From NCBI GenBank assembly GCA_963843845.1, contig CAWJMB010000002.1, positions 2,400,001-2,464,000 of the forward strand: 64,000 nucleotides of DNA, read 5' to 3'. A model generated the notes under the pieces. It was not told the DNA's origin. It worked only from the letters and a program-made list of their open reading frames with translations, and did not search any database. Positions 20,806 through 30,563 of this stretch are shown here, piece by piece. This DNA is from an uncultured Gemmatimonadaceae bacterium (GTDB taxonomy: Bacteria > Gemmatimonadota > Gemmatimonadetes > Gemmatimonadales > Gemmatimonadaceae). The position numbers were made by a program, and so were the translations under genes. Positions within the stretch are counted from its first letter, which is position 1; the number at the start of each line of letters is the position of its first letter.

Positions 20806-22214
20806 ATGCAGAGAGCGCGACTCAGCCGACCCGAGCTGTTCAACATGAGCTTCGGCTTTCTCGGCATTCAGTTCGGCTGGGGATTGCAGCTCGCGAACAT
20901 GTCGGCGGTCTACGAGCGGCTCGGCGCGAGCCCGGAACAGGTGCCGGGGCTGTGGCTCGCGGCACCGCTGACGGGGCTCCTCGTGCAACCCATCGTCGGC
21001 GCGCTCAGCGACCGCACGTGGGGCCGGCTCGGCCGGCGGCGCCCCTACTTCCTCGCCGGGTCGATCCTCGCGTCGATCGCGCTCTTCATCATGCCGATGT
21101 CGACGAGTCTCTGGATGGCGGCGACGCTGCTCTGGGTGCTCGACGCGTCGATCAACGTGTCGATGGAGCCGTTCCGCGCGTTCGTCGCCGACAAGCTCGA
21201 CGTGTCGCAGCGTACCGCGGGGTTCGTCATGCAGTCGCTGTTCATCGGCATCGGCGCGAGTCTCGCGAACGCCCTTCCGTTCATCCTGTCGAACTTCGGC
21301 GTCTCCGGCAGCACGGCGAGCGGCATCCCGCTCACGGTGAAGTACTCGTTCCAGGCCGGCGCCGTCGTGTTCCTGCTCGCCGTGCTCTGGACGGTGTTCA
21401 CGACGACGGAGTTCCCCCCGAGGACATGGCCGCGTTCGAGCGGGCGAAGAAGGGACGCGGCGGGCTCGGTCCGCTCGTCTCGGAAATCGTGACGTCCATC
21501 CGCGAGATGCCGGCGACGATGAAGCAGCTCGCCGTCGTGCAACTGCTCACCTGGCTCGGCCTGTTCTGCATGTGGCTGTTCTTCGTCCCGGCGGTCGCAC
21601 GCCACGTGTTCGGCGCGACCGACCCGCAGAGCGAGACGTACACGCGCGGCGTCGAGTGGGGGAGCTTCGTGATGGCCTTCTACTCCATCACGTGCTTCCT
21701 CGTCTCGCTCGTCATTCCGAGGCTGGCGGCAGCGACGAGCCGCAAGACCGTCCATGCCGCCTCGCTCGTCTGCGGCGCGGCCGGACTGCTCTCCGTCTGG
21801 CTCGTCCACGACAAGACCATGCTGATCCTCAGCATGATCGGCGTCGGCGTCGCGTGGGCGTCGATCCTCTCGATGCCCTACGCCATCCTGTCGACCGCGC
21901 TGCCGGCGCAGCGCATGGGCGTCTACATGGGCGTGTTCAACTTCTTCATCGTCATCCCGGAGATCGTCGCGTCGCTGGGCTTCGGCGCGCTGTCGCGCAC
22001 GCTGTTCGGCGCGGACAACCCGCAGGCGCCGCTCTACTTCGTGACGCTCGGCGGCGGCTGTCTGCTCGCCGCGGCGGCGTGCGTCGCGTTCGTGCAGGAC
22101 CGCGGCGACAGCATGGTCCCCGAGGGCGCGGTCACCGCCGGCGACGTGCACGCGCCGCTGCTCGTGCAGGACTCGCTTCAGCCGGTGCCGAGCAGCGGCA
22201 TGCCCTCGCACTGA
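20806..22214 (+). CDS. MFS sugar (maltose-type) transporter (frameshift near 21418)
   Basis: [33 protein letters not shown]; second half [22 protein letters not shown]. Confidence 0.88.
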
Positions 22215-22252
22215 TCGAGCGCGGCCGGCACCCCTCGACGTGGGTCGCTGCC

Positions 22253-22297
22253 GACGTACGAAGGGCCCGCGCCGGAGGCGCGGGCCCTTCGTACGTC
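22253..22297. terminator. Perfect 21-bp inverted repeat between convergent genes
   Basis: GACGTACGAAGGGCCCGCGCC-GGA-GGCGCGGGCCCTTCGTACGTC. Confidence 0.75.
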
Positions 22298-22309
22298 TGC
22301 GCGAGCGGC

Positions 22310-23904
22310 TCAGTATCCCGCGTTCTGCTTGAGATTCGGGTTCGCGAGCAGCTCCGACGCCGGCAGCGGATAGAGATTGCGGAACGCTTCCGTCGTCCGC
22401 CCCGCCTGCACGTTCCCCTTCCACGCCCACACGCCGCTCGTCGTGAACGGTCGAAGCGGAAAGGTCCGTGCGGCGGTGCCCTTCCCACAGCAGCTCGCGA
22501 GCCGCTCGTCGAGGATGAAGTCAGCGTGAGCTGCGCGTCGGTGATGTTCGCCGCTCGTGTTGCCGTACGCGCGCGCGCGGAGCGCGTTGACATAGCCGAG
22601 CGCCTGCGCGCGCGTGCCGCCGCCGCCGCGCAGCACGACCTCCGCGTACATCAGATACGCGTCGCCGAGTCGGAACATCGGATAGTCGACGTCGGCGAAC
22701 GCGTTGTTCGACGGCGCACCGCCGCTCGCGGTCTTGTTGATGTACTTCGCCGCGATGATCCCGTTCGTGAAGTCCGTCAGTTCGCGATGCTCAGCGTCTG
22801 GCCGTCCGTGAAGAACACCGACGCGCCGGCGGTCGGCGCTCGAAGTGCGCCCGGGAAGAGCGTGCACGACTTCGGGGCTTCAGGCGAAGCCCCCACCAGC
22901 CGCCGTCGATGCCGACCAAGCCGGGTCGCATGCGTTGCCGCCGACCGACGCGTGCATGAGGAACGTCGTGCCGCCGTATGACTGCGTCCGCAGCCCGTCC
23001 TGCGGGACCGTGAAGATCAGCTCCGGCGACGTGTGGTTGTCGGCGCGGAAAATCTGCGAGTAGTTCGGGTCGAGCGTGTACGCGCCCGACGCGATCACGC
23101 GCTGTACCTCGGCGAGCGCGCATCGGCGTAGCGACGCCGTGCCGCGTATAGACCTGCGCGTTCATGTAGCAGCTTCGCGAGCAGCATCGCGGCGGCGCCC
23201 TGATCGGCGCGGCCGTACTCGCCCTGCTTCGGCGCGGGCAGGTCGGCGCGAATCGCCTTGAGCTCGCGACTCGACGTAGTTGAAGACCTCCGCGCGCGTC
23301 GCCTGCTTCGGCGGCGTCGCGCCGAGCGCGATAGTCTTCGGTCACGAGCGGCACGGCGCCGAAGAGGTCGATCGCGTGCCAGTAGCTCAGCGCGCGGAGG
23401 AAGCGTGCTTCGGCGCGATACGTCTTGATCGTGGCCTGCGAGCGCCGTGCTGACGCCGCGCGGCCGCAGCTTCGTCGGGCGTCGTCTCCCGCAGGAACTC
23501 GTTGGCGAGCGCACCTGGAAGAAGATCCGGTAGTACATCGAGCACGAGGAACTGGTTCGACGAGCCCCAGAGCTGCGTGTTGAGCTCCTGCACGCCGGCG
23601 TCGTTCCAGGCGATGATGGCCTCGTCCGTCGGCAGCTCCTGCATCTGCCAGAGCAGGCGGAGGTACTGCGAGAATCCTTCGTCGATTCCCTGGATGTCGC
23701 CGTTGCCCGGCCGGACCGGCGATGCCGCTGACCTGGAGTCCTCCGTAGAGCTTCGCGAGAAGCGCCCGGTAGGAGGTCGTGTCGTTGAAGATGTTCGCGC
23801 TGCTGACCGTGCTCTTCGGCTCGACCGTCACGTCGGTGCACGCGGCGGCGGCGGTCGTGAGGAGCAGGCCGCGCGAGGAGCGTGGTGCGGGCTCTCGTCT
23901 GCAT
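22310..23904 (-). CDS. RagB/SusD-family lipoprotein, multiply frameshifted
   Basis: Fragments: TAAAAC lipobox, QELPTDEA, AEARFLRALSYW, FRLGDAYLMYAE, NPNLKQNAGY. Confidence 0.85.
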
Positions 23905-23917
23905 GTCGATGCGTCGC

Positions 23918-26900
23918 TCAGAAGCTGATGTTCAGCCCCGTCGGGAAGATGCGCGACAGCGGATACAGGTTGTTGTCGATCCCGTTCAGGCCGGCCGACG
24001 GATCGACCCCGCTGTATTTCGTCGAGCGTGAAGACGTTCTGGACCGTGCCGTAGATGCGTACGCGGTCGAGACCGCGCTTCCGCCGGAACGTGTAGCCGA
24101 GCGTGACGTTGTCCATGCGCAGGAACGACGCGTCCTCGACGTAGTAGATCCGAGAAGTACTGCGGGTTCACGAAGCCCGTCTCGAGCACCGAGGCGTGCG
24201 AGGTTGCATCGGCGCGCCGCCACTTAGCGCGCTGTAGTTGCCCGAGGTTCGACGCGACGTTGTTGTACACGTAGTTGCCGAGGTACGAGCGGAGCGTGAA
24301 GCCGAGGTCGAAGTTCCGGTACTGACGTTCGACGTGTGGCCGAGGATCGCACTTCGGCTGCGGGCTGCGGAACGGGCGCGATCGCCCTGGTTGATCGTCT
24401 TGTCGCCGTTCTGATCGACGTAGAGATCCTGTTCGTTGATCGACCCGTCGTTGTTCGCGTCGGTGTAGATCGGCTTCCCGCTCGCGTCGCGCTTGTGCTC
24501 GGTAGACGAAGAACGAGTTGACCGTCTCACCGGGCTGGAGCACCTGGATCGTGCTGCCGACGCCACCCGCGATGCCGCCCACGAGGATCTGGTCGCTCGT
24601 GCCGGCGGCCGAGTTGATCTGGAGCAGGCGGCTGCGTGTTCGCGGCGACGTTGAAGCCCGGCGTCGTACGTGAAGCCGCCGCGCGCACCGTCGATCACGC
24701 GCGCGTTGAGTCCGAGCTCGACGCCGCGGTTCCGCAACGATGCCGATGTTCGTCGTCACGAAGTTCGACAGGTTCGTTCCGGCGGCGACGGGGACGGTGA
24801 AGATCAGGTCCGACGTCTTCTTGTTGTAGTAGTCGAACGACCCCGTGACGCGGTTCTCCCAGAGCCCGAAGTCGAGCCCCGACGTCGATCGAGCGCGTCT
24901 CCTCCCACTTGATGCTCGGGTCGACGGCGGTCGGCCGGATCACCGTCACGAAGCTGTTGCCGAACTGCACCTGCGTCTTGTTGTCGCCGTACGCTGTAGG
25001 TCGAGTACTGGCGGTAGTTGCCGAACGACTGGTTGCCGTTCACGCCGTACGAGACGCGCGCCTTGAGGTCCGAGATCGACGAGAAGCGCCGCATGAACCC
25101 CTCGTTCGAGAGGCGCCACGCGAGCGCCGCCGAGGGGAACACGCCCCACTGATTCCCCGCGCCGAACCGCGACGACCCGTCGCGCCGCACGCTCAGCGTG
25201 AGGAGGTACTTGTCGGCGTACGTGAGGTTCGCGCGCGCGAAACCCGAGATGAGCCGGCTCTCCTGCACGTCGAGCGTGTTCACGTTCTGCGATGCCGTCG
25301 GGATGCCGCTCGTGCCGAGCAGGTTCGAGCTGAGACCCTGCGCCGTCGCGACCTGCTCGTCGAAGTTGAAGTCCTCGTACGAGTACCCCGCCGTCACGTC
25401 GACGACCGTGTTGTACGAGGCGAGCGAGCGCGTGTAGTTGCTGAACGCGTCGAGCACCGTGTGCGTCTCGTTCGGCGTGCGGCGGTAGAAGTTCCCGGGG
25501 AACGACGACACCGCCTGGTTCCGCTGCGTGCTCGGCGTGAACGTCGTGCGCTCGGCGCGCGTCACGTCGTAGCCTCCGCGCACCGTCGCCGAGAGTCCCT
25601 CGATCCACGGCGCGCTGTACTTCACCTCCGCGTTGCCGACGCTGCGATACGTCGTGCCGACGTCGGAGATGAGCGCGAGGTCGGAGAGCGGATTCGTGGC
25701 CGCGAGGATGTTCGCGAACTGGTAGAACGCGCCGGTCGACGTGTAGATCGGCTGCGTCGGCGCGAACGCCGTGGCGGCCCCGATGACGGCGCCCGGGGTG
25801 AACCGGTCGTCGCCGCGGCTCCCCTTGACGTTCGCCTGGACGTTCAGGTGGTCGTTGAAGACGTTGTCCGTGTAGTTCACCGAGAGCGAGGCGCCGCTTG
25901 TTCGACGTGCCCCGCACGATCCCGCTCTGGTCGAGGTAGCCGAGGGAGACGCGATAGCGCATGTCCTCGCGTGCCCCGGCGATGCCGAGCGTGTGGTCCT
26001 GCCCGCCGGCGCCGCGCGTCACCGCGTCGAAGAAGTTCGAGTTCGCCGTCCCGAGGATGCTCACGTTCTCCGGCGCGTACTGCTGCACCGCGCTGCGGAA
26101 CTCCGCCGCGTTCAGCAGATTCGGCTCGCCGGCGCGCTGCGACGACGACACCGTGCTCGAGAGCGTGACCTGCGTGCCCTGCGACCCGGACCGCGTGGTG
26201 ATGAGCACGACGCCGTTCGCGCCGCGCGAGCCGTAGATCGCGGTCGCCGATGCGTCCTTGAGCACGGAGACCGACGCGATGTCGTTCGGGTTGAGGAAGT
26301 TCAGCGGGTTGCGCCCGGCCGACACGCCGCCGCCGATGGCGAGCGGCACACCGTCGATGACGAACAGCGGGTCGTTGCTCGCGTTGATCGACGTGCCCCC
26401 GCGGATCCGCACGGCGATCCCGCCGCCCGGCTCGTTGTTGTCGACGACCTGCACGCCGGGCACCTTCGCCTTGATGAGCTCTTCCGGGCTGATGATGCGC
26501 CCGGGATTGAACTCCTTCGGCGTCACGGCGACCGCGGAGCCCGTGTTGTCGCGCGCCTCCTGCGTGCCGTAGCCGATCGTCACGACGCTCTGCAGCACGA
26601 GCGTCGCCGATCGCAACGAGAAGTTCGCCGTCGCCGCGCCGTTCGCCGTCACCGCCACGCCCGTCGCCGAGTCGGGGACGAGGCCGATGCGGGCGGCGAC
26701 GACCGTATACGTGCCTGCCGGCGCCGTGATCGTGTAGCGCCCGTCCTCGCGCGTGATCGCGCCGAGCTGCGTCCCCGCGACGCGGATCTGCACGCTCGCC
26801 AGAGGCTGTCCACCATCCACCGCGGTCACCGTGCCCGTGATGCGTCCCGTCGTCTGCGCAACGACCGGCGTACCGACACCCAGTGCCACGAACACGCTCA

Positions 26901-26919
26901 TCACTCCGACCCGCCTCAT
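23918..26919 (-). CDS. SusC/RagA-family TonB-dependent receptor, multiply frameshifted
   Basis: PLFVIDGVP, VLKDASATAIYGSRGANGVVLITT, RRDGSSRFG, KWEET, C-terminal GLNISF. Confidence 0.88.
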
Positions 26920-26957
26920 CGTGCCTCCTCGGGGTTGAGAACCAACGATGCGGCGAC

Positions 26958-27953
26958 TCACGCCGCGGTAAGCCACTGTAGTGCGTGTAGAAAGCGCCGC
27001 GCCCACGCGCCTTCGTCGTGCGTTCCATCGGCATCGACCACGAACTGCAGCTGCGATGCACCGACGCCACGAGCGCGAAGCGCGTCGACGAGCGACGCGC
27101 TCCCCTCCATGTAGACCTGCGAATACGTCACGGCGCGCCCCTCACGATCGCGCACGTCGGGCTCGGTGGCGCGACTGCGCTCGTTCGTTCCCACGTCGAC
27201 GTAGATCCGCAGGTCGGCCGGCTCCGCGCCGTCGCGCACCGCGGCGATCAGCCGGTTGTCCGACAGCCACGCGCCCGGGCGCTCCGCGAACCATACGGCC
27301 GTCGACATCGCCATCACCCGGCCGAACACGTCGGGGCGCTGGAGGGCCGCGTAGAGCGCGATCAGCCCGCCCATGCTCGACCCGCCGATGCCCGTGCTCG
27401 ACCGGTCGGCGACGGTGCGATAGCGCGCGTCGATGAGCGGCTTGAGGCGGTCCGCGACGAAGGCGACGTACGCGTCCCCGCCGCCGCCGCGCACCGGGCC
27501 AGGCGACCACGCGGCGTCGACCCAGGCGTGCATCGCGCCGTTCATCCACGGGGAATACTCGTCCCACCGGGCGTCGCTGCTCTCGATCCCGACGATGATG
27601 GTATGGCTCGCGTCCGTGCTGCCAGCGGCGCCAGCGGCGCCAGCGGCGCCAGCGGCGCCAGCGGCGCCAGCGGCGCCAGCGGCGCCAGCGGCGCGGTCGA
27701 GCGTCTCGTCGATCCGCCACGACCCGTCGACACCGCGGCCGAACAGATGCTGGCCGTCCTGGAGATAGAGGACCGGGTAGCGCGCGTCGCCCGCTTCATA
27801 GCCGCATGGCAGGTAAACGTGCACGAGCCGCTCGCCGTTCCGCAGCTCCGGACAGGCGACCGAGACGCGCTCGACGCGCCCTCGCGCGCCGTCGGCTCGC
27901 CCGCCCGCGATGGGACGCAGCGCCGGCGCGGGCGGAGCGGCGGAAGCAATCAT
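26958..27953 (-). CDS. Alpha/beta hydrolase (putative esterase); alternative GTG start at 28016
   Basis: YPVLYLQDGQ, LKPLIDARYRT, GGSSMGG, HDEGAW. Confidence 0.85.
   Translation of the reverse strand: MIASAAPPAPALRPIAGGRADGARGRVERVSVACPELRNGERLVHVYLPCGYEAGDARYPVLYLQDGQHLFGRGVDGSWRIDETLDRAAGAAGAAGAAGAAGAAGAAGAAGSTDASHTIIVGIESSDARWDEYSPWMNGAMHAWVDAAWSPGPVRGGGGDAYVAFVADRLKPLIDARYRTVADRSSTGIGGSSMGGLIALYAALQRPDVFGRVMAMSTAVWFAERPGAWLSDNRLIAAVRDGAEPADLRIYVDVGTNERSRATEPDVRDREGRAVTYSQVYMEGSASLVDALRARGVGASQLQFVVDADGTHDEGAWARRFLHALQWLTAA
27622..27693. repeat. In-frame 9-bp tandem repeat (CCAGCGGCG)x8 encoding (AAG)8
   Basis: Direct read of the sequence. Confidence 0.95.
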
Positions 27954-28020
27954 GCACCGAGGAAGTCGCGAGGCGGGGCGGCTCACGTACAACGAGCCGA
28001 CGAATTCAGCGCGCACGCAT

Positions 28021-28088
28021 TAATGTGTTGTTCGTACGCGTTACGCTGCGACCACAGTACAGTCACGAACTTGTGTGGTCAATACACA
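28021..28088. promoter_or_regulatory. Two candidate palindromic operators TGTGT-N7-ACACA
   Basis: TAATGTGT-TGTTCGT-ACGCGTTA (28021-28043) and TGTGT-GGTCAAT-ACACA (28072-28088) in the divergent intergenic region. Confidence 0.55.
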
Positions 28089-28092
28089 TCTC

Positions 28093-28911
28093 ATGACCGC
28101 GCGCGACCTACCGTCACCGATCGCGGGATCGGATCGCCCCCCCGCCGAGGCGCAGAGCCTCGAGTTCCACGGGCAGCGCGCCAACGACTACATCCCGCAT
28201 CTCGCGGTCGACTGCGTCGTGTTCGGGTTCCACGAAGGCGCGCTGAAGATCCTCCTCACTCACTGGCGCACACGGAAGCGCTGGAGCCTTCCAGGCGGCT
28301 TCGTGCGGTGGCGCGAGTCGCTCGACGACGCCGCGTGCCGCATTCTCGAGATGCGGACCGGGCTGCGCGACGTGTACCTGGAGCAGTTCCACACGTTCGG
28401 CACTCCCGACCGCGGCGACGCCGAGATCGAGCGGCAGCTCGCCCCGCTCGTCGAAGCCGCGCCGGACGCCGCGTGGATCGCGGGGCGCGTCATCTCGGTC
28501 GGATACTGCGCGCTCGTCGACTTCTCGCGCGCCACGCCGGCGCCGGACGGCGTACTGACCGACGACTGCCGCTGGTGGGAGCTGAGCGAGCGCCCGCCGC
28601 TGCTGTTCGATCACGACGACATGGTCGCGCACGCGCTGACGTCGCTGCGTGCTCAGCTCGCGAACCGCCCGGTGGGATTGAACCTCTTTCCCGGCACGTT
28701 CACCCTCCCCGAGCTGCAGTCGCTCTACGAGACGGTGCTCGGCCGGCCGCTCGACCGGCGCAACTTCCAGAAGAAGATGCTGGATCTCGGCATCGTCGAG
28801 CGGGTCGGCGAGCGGCGCGGGAAGGGCGTGCGGCGCGCGCCGTATCTGTATCGCTTCGACGTCCCGCGCTACGAGGCGGCGCTGCGCGACGGCATCTCGA
28901 TCGGGCGGTAG
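28093..28911 (+). CDS. NrtR-family transcriptional regulator (Nudix + wHTH)
   Basis: AVDCVVFGF, WSLPGGF, EQFHTFG, FTLPELQSLYE, DRRNFQKK, RAPYLYRF. Confidence 0.92.
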   Translation: MTARDLPSPIAGSDRPPAEAQSLEFHGQRANDYIPHLAVDCVVFGFHEGALKILLTHWRTRKRWSLPGGFVRWRESLDDAACRILEMRTGLRDVYLEQFHTFGTPDRGDAEIERQLAPLVEAAPDAAWIAGRVISVGYCALVDFSRATPAPDGVLTDDCRWWELSERPPLLFDHDDMVAHALTSLRAQLANRPVGLNLFPGTFTLPELQSLYETVLGRPLDRRNFQKKMLDLGIVERVGERRGKGVRRAPYLYRFDVPRYEAALRDGISIGR

Positions 28912-28914
28912 ACG

Positions 28915-28950
28915 CAAAACGCCCGGTGAGTGCGAAGGCACCCACCGGGC
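28915..28950 (-). terminator. Intrinsic terminator of tRNA operon
   Basis: Hairpin GCCCGGTGAGTGC-GAAG-GCACCCACCGGGC followed on minus strand by GTTTTG. Confidence 0.65.
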
Positions 28951-28956
28951 GGAGAG

Positions 28957-29029
28957 AGCGGGAGACGGGGTTCGAACCCGCGACATCCAGCTTGGGAAGC
29001 TGGCGCTCTACCAACTGAGCTACTCCCGC
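28957..29029 (-). tRNA. tRNA-Gly(CCC)
   Basis: Anticodon arm CCAGC-TTCCCAA-GCTGG. Confidence 0.95.
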
Positions 29030-29044
29030 AACACGTTCTGCCAG

Positions 29045-29116
29045 AGCCACAGGTCGGGATTGAACCGACGACCGCTCGATTACGAATCGAGTGCTCTACC
29101 ACTGAGCTACTGTGGC
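29045..29116 (-). tRNA. tRNA-Thr(CGT)
   Basis: Anticodon arm CTCGA-TTCGTAA-TCGAG. Confidence 0.95.
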
Positions 29117-29137
29117 AGACGTTCAGCGAACGTCGAA

Positions 29138-29219
29138 TGCCCTGGCGCGGACTCGAACCGCGATGCCTTTCGGCACCACCCCCTCAAGATGGCGTGTCTA
29201 CCAATTTCACCACCAGGGC
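29138..29219 (-). tRNA. tRNA-Leu(GAG)
   Basis: Anticodon arm CCATC-TTGAGGG-GGTGG; long variable arm. Confidence 0.95.
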
Positions 29220-29239
29220 CAACTTCGTCTTGCATCCAA

Positions 29240-29314
29240 CGGGGCCGACGGGGCTCGAACCCGCGACCTCTCGAGTGACAGTCGAGTGCTCTAACCAAAC
29301 TGAGCTACGGCCCC
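29240..29314 (-). tRNA. tRNA-Asp(GTC)
   Basis: Anticodon arm CTCGA-CTGTCAC-TCGAG. Confidence 0.95.
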
Positions 29315-29369
29315 TTGCACTGCTCGTCCGACTCGCGCCGCCGTCCTGCACCTGCACTCACACCTGCGA

Positions 29370-29441
29370 TAGCCCCAACGGGAATCGAACCCGTCTCTGC
29401 ACCGTGAAAGGGTGCCGTCCTAACCGATAGACGATGGGGCC
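29370..29441 (-). tRNA. tRNA-Glu(TTC)
   Basis: Anticodon arm GCACC-CTTTCAC-GGTGC. Confidence 0.95.
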
Positions 29442-29480
29442 GCCGCTACCGCCCTTCCGAGAGACTCCCTGGAGAGCCAG

Positions 29481-29553
29481 TAGCGGTAACGGGATTCGAA
29501 CCCGTGTTCCAGCCTTGAGAGGGCTGTGTCCTAGTCCCCTAGACGATACCGGC
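29481..29553 (-). tRNA. tRNA-Glu(CTC) with C2.C71 acceptor-stem mismatch
   Basis: Anticodon arm CAGCC-CTCTCAA-GGCTG; acceptor GCCGGTA/TACCGCT. Confidence 0.92.
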
Positions 29554-29631
29554 GTACACCCGGCAACCGCTCCGGGCAAGCTGTGTACGCTAACGCAGTG
29601 CTGCACCGCTTTTCAACCAGCGTCGAGCGGA

Positions 29632-29704
29632 CAGGCCCGGAGGGAATCGAACCCCCAACCGCCGGTTTTGGAGACCGGTGCTCTACCAATTGAGCTACGG
29701 ACCT
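29632..29704 (-). tRNA. tRNA-Trp(CCA)
   Basis: Anticodon arm CCGGT-CTCCAAA-ACCGG. Confidence 0.95.
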
Positions 29705-29764
29705 ACGTCATACCTGGAGCGCCGCTCGACCGAGATGCTCCGGGCGTCGCCCCGAACGATGAGG

Positions 29765-29839
29765 GGTGGCTGACGGGAATTGAACCCGCAACCCCCGGTG
29801 CCACAGACCGGTGCTCTAACCGATTGAGCTACAGCCACC
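29765..29839 (-). tRNA. tRNA-His(GTG), G-1 encoded
   Basis: Anticodon arm CCGGT-CTGTGGC-ACCGG; G-1:C73. Confidence 0.95.
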
Positions 29840-29855
29840 ATGGTCCTGCGCTTGC

Positions 29856-29884
29856 ATCTTACGAGAAACCAAGCTTCGAATCAA
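29856..29884 (-). promoter_or_regulatory. Sigma70-type promoter of tRNA operon
   Basis: TTGATT-N17-TAAGAT. Confidence 0.75.
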
Positions 29885-29904
29885 CCAACTGCCGACCGCG
29901 ACGA

Positions 29905-30470
29905 TCAGTCCTTCGCGCGATCCATGTACTCGCCGGTCGTCGGATTCACGCGGACCTGCTCACCCGTGCTGACGAACTCCGGCACGTTGACCGTCACGCC
30001 GTTCTCGAGCTTCGCCGGCTTGCTCGACGCCGTCTTCGTCGCCGTCTTCATCACCGGCGACGTCTCGACGATCTCGAGCACCATCGAGTTCGGAAGCTGG
30101 ATGCCGATCGGCCGTCCGTCGTAGTACTCGGCCAGGATCTTCATCCCCGGCTGCATCCACGGCGCGTTGTCGCCGAGCATCTCCTCGTCCATCTCGAGCT
30201 GGTCGTAGTTCTCCGTGTTCATGAAGTGGTACGTGTCGCCACCCTGATACAGGAACTCCAGCTCGTGCGTCTCCATGACGCCTTCTCGATGGAGTCGGCG
30301 GCGCGGAAGCGATGCTCGAAGCTCGACCCGACGCGAAGGTTCTTGAGCTTCGCCTGCACCATCGCGCGGAGGTTGCCCGGCGTATGATGGCGGAACTCGA
30401 CCACGCGGCACGGCTCGCCCTCGAACACGAGGACCATGCCGCGGCGGATCTGCGTGGCCGGAATTGCCAT
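29905..30470 (-). CDS. efp: Elongation factor P (frameshift near 30277)
   Basis: [20 protein letters not shown], then [33 protein letters not shown]. Confidence 0.93.
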
Positions 30471-30514
30471 AAGTCGAGAAGGCTGAAGTGAACGCTAAGT
30501 AATTACAGCCTTTT

Positions 30515-30543
30515 AGTTTACGAGAATCGAACGACGCGGTCAA
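30515..30543 (-). promoter_or_regulatory. Sigma70-type promoter of efp
   Basis: TTGACC-N17-TAAACT. Confidence 0.75.
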
Positions 30544-30563
30544 GCTGCGCCGTCGTGAGGTCG

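Noticed and set aside
28957..29839. Regularly spaced similar segments resembling a CRISPR array or phage tRNA array
   Set aside because: They are ordinary tRNA cloverleaves with a housekeeping promoter next to efp; no cas or phage genes.
30270..30290. Programmed frameshift in efp (and in speA, hppD, paaD)
   Set aside because: No slippery heptamer or stimulatory signal seen; single-base indels are scattered across unrelated genes, consistent with read error.
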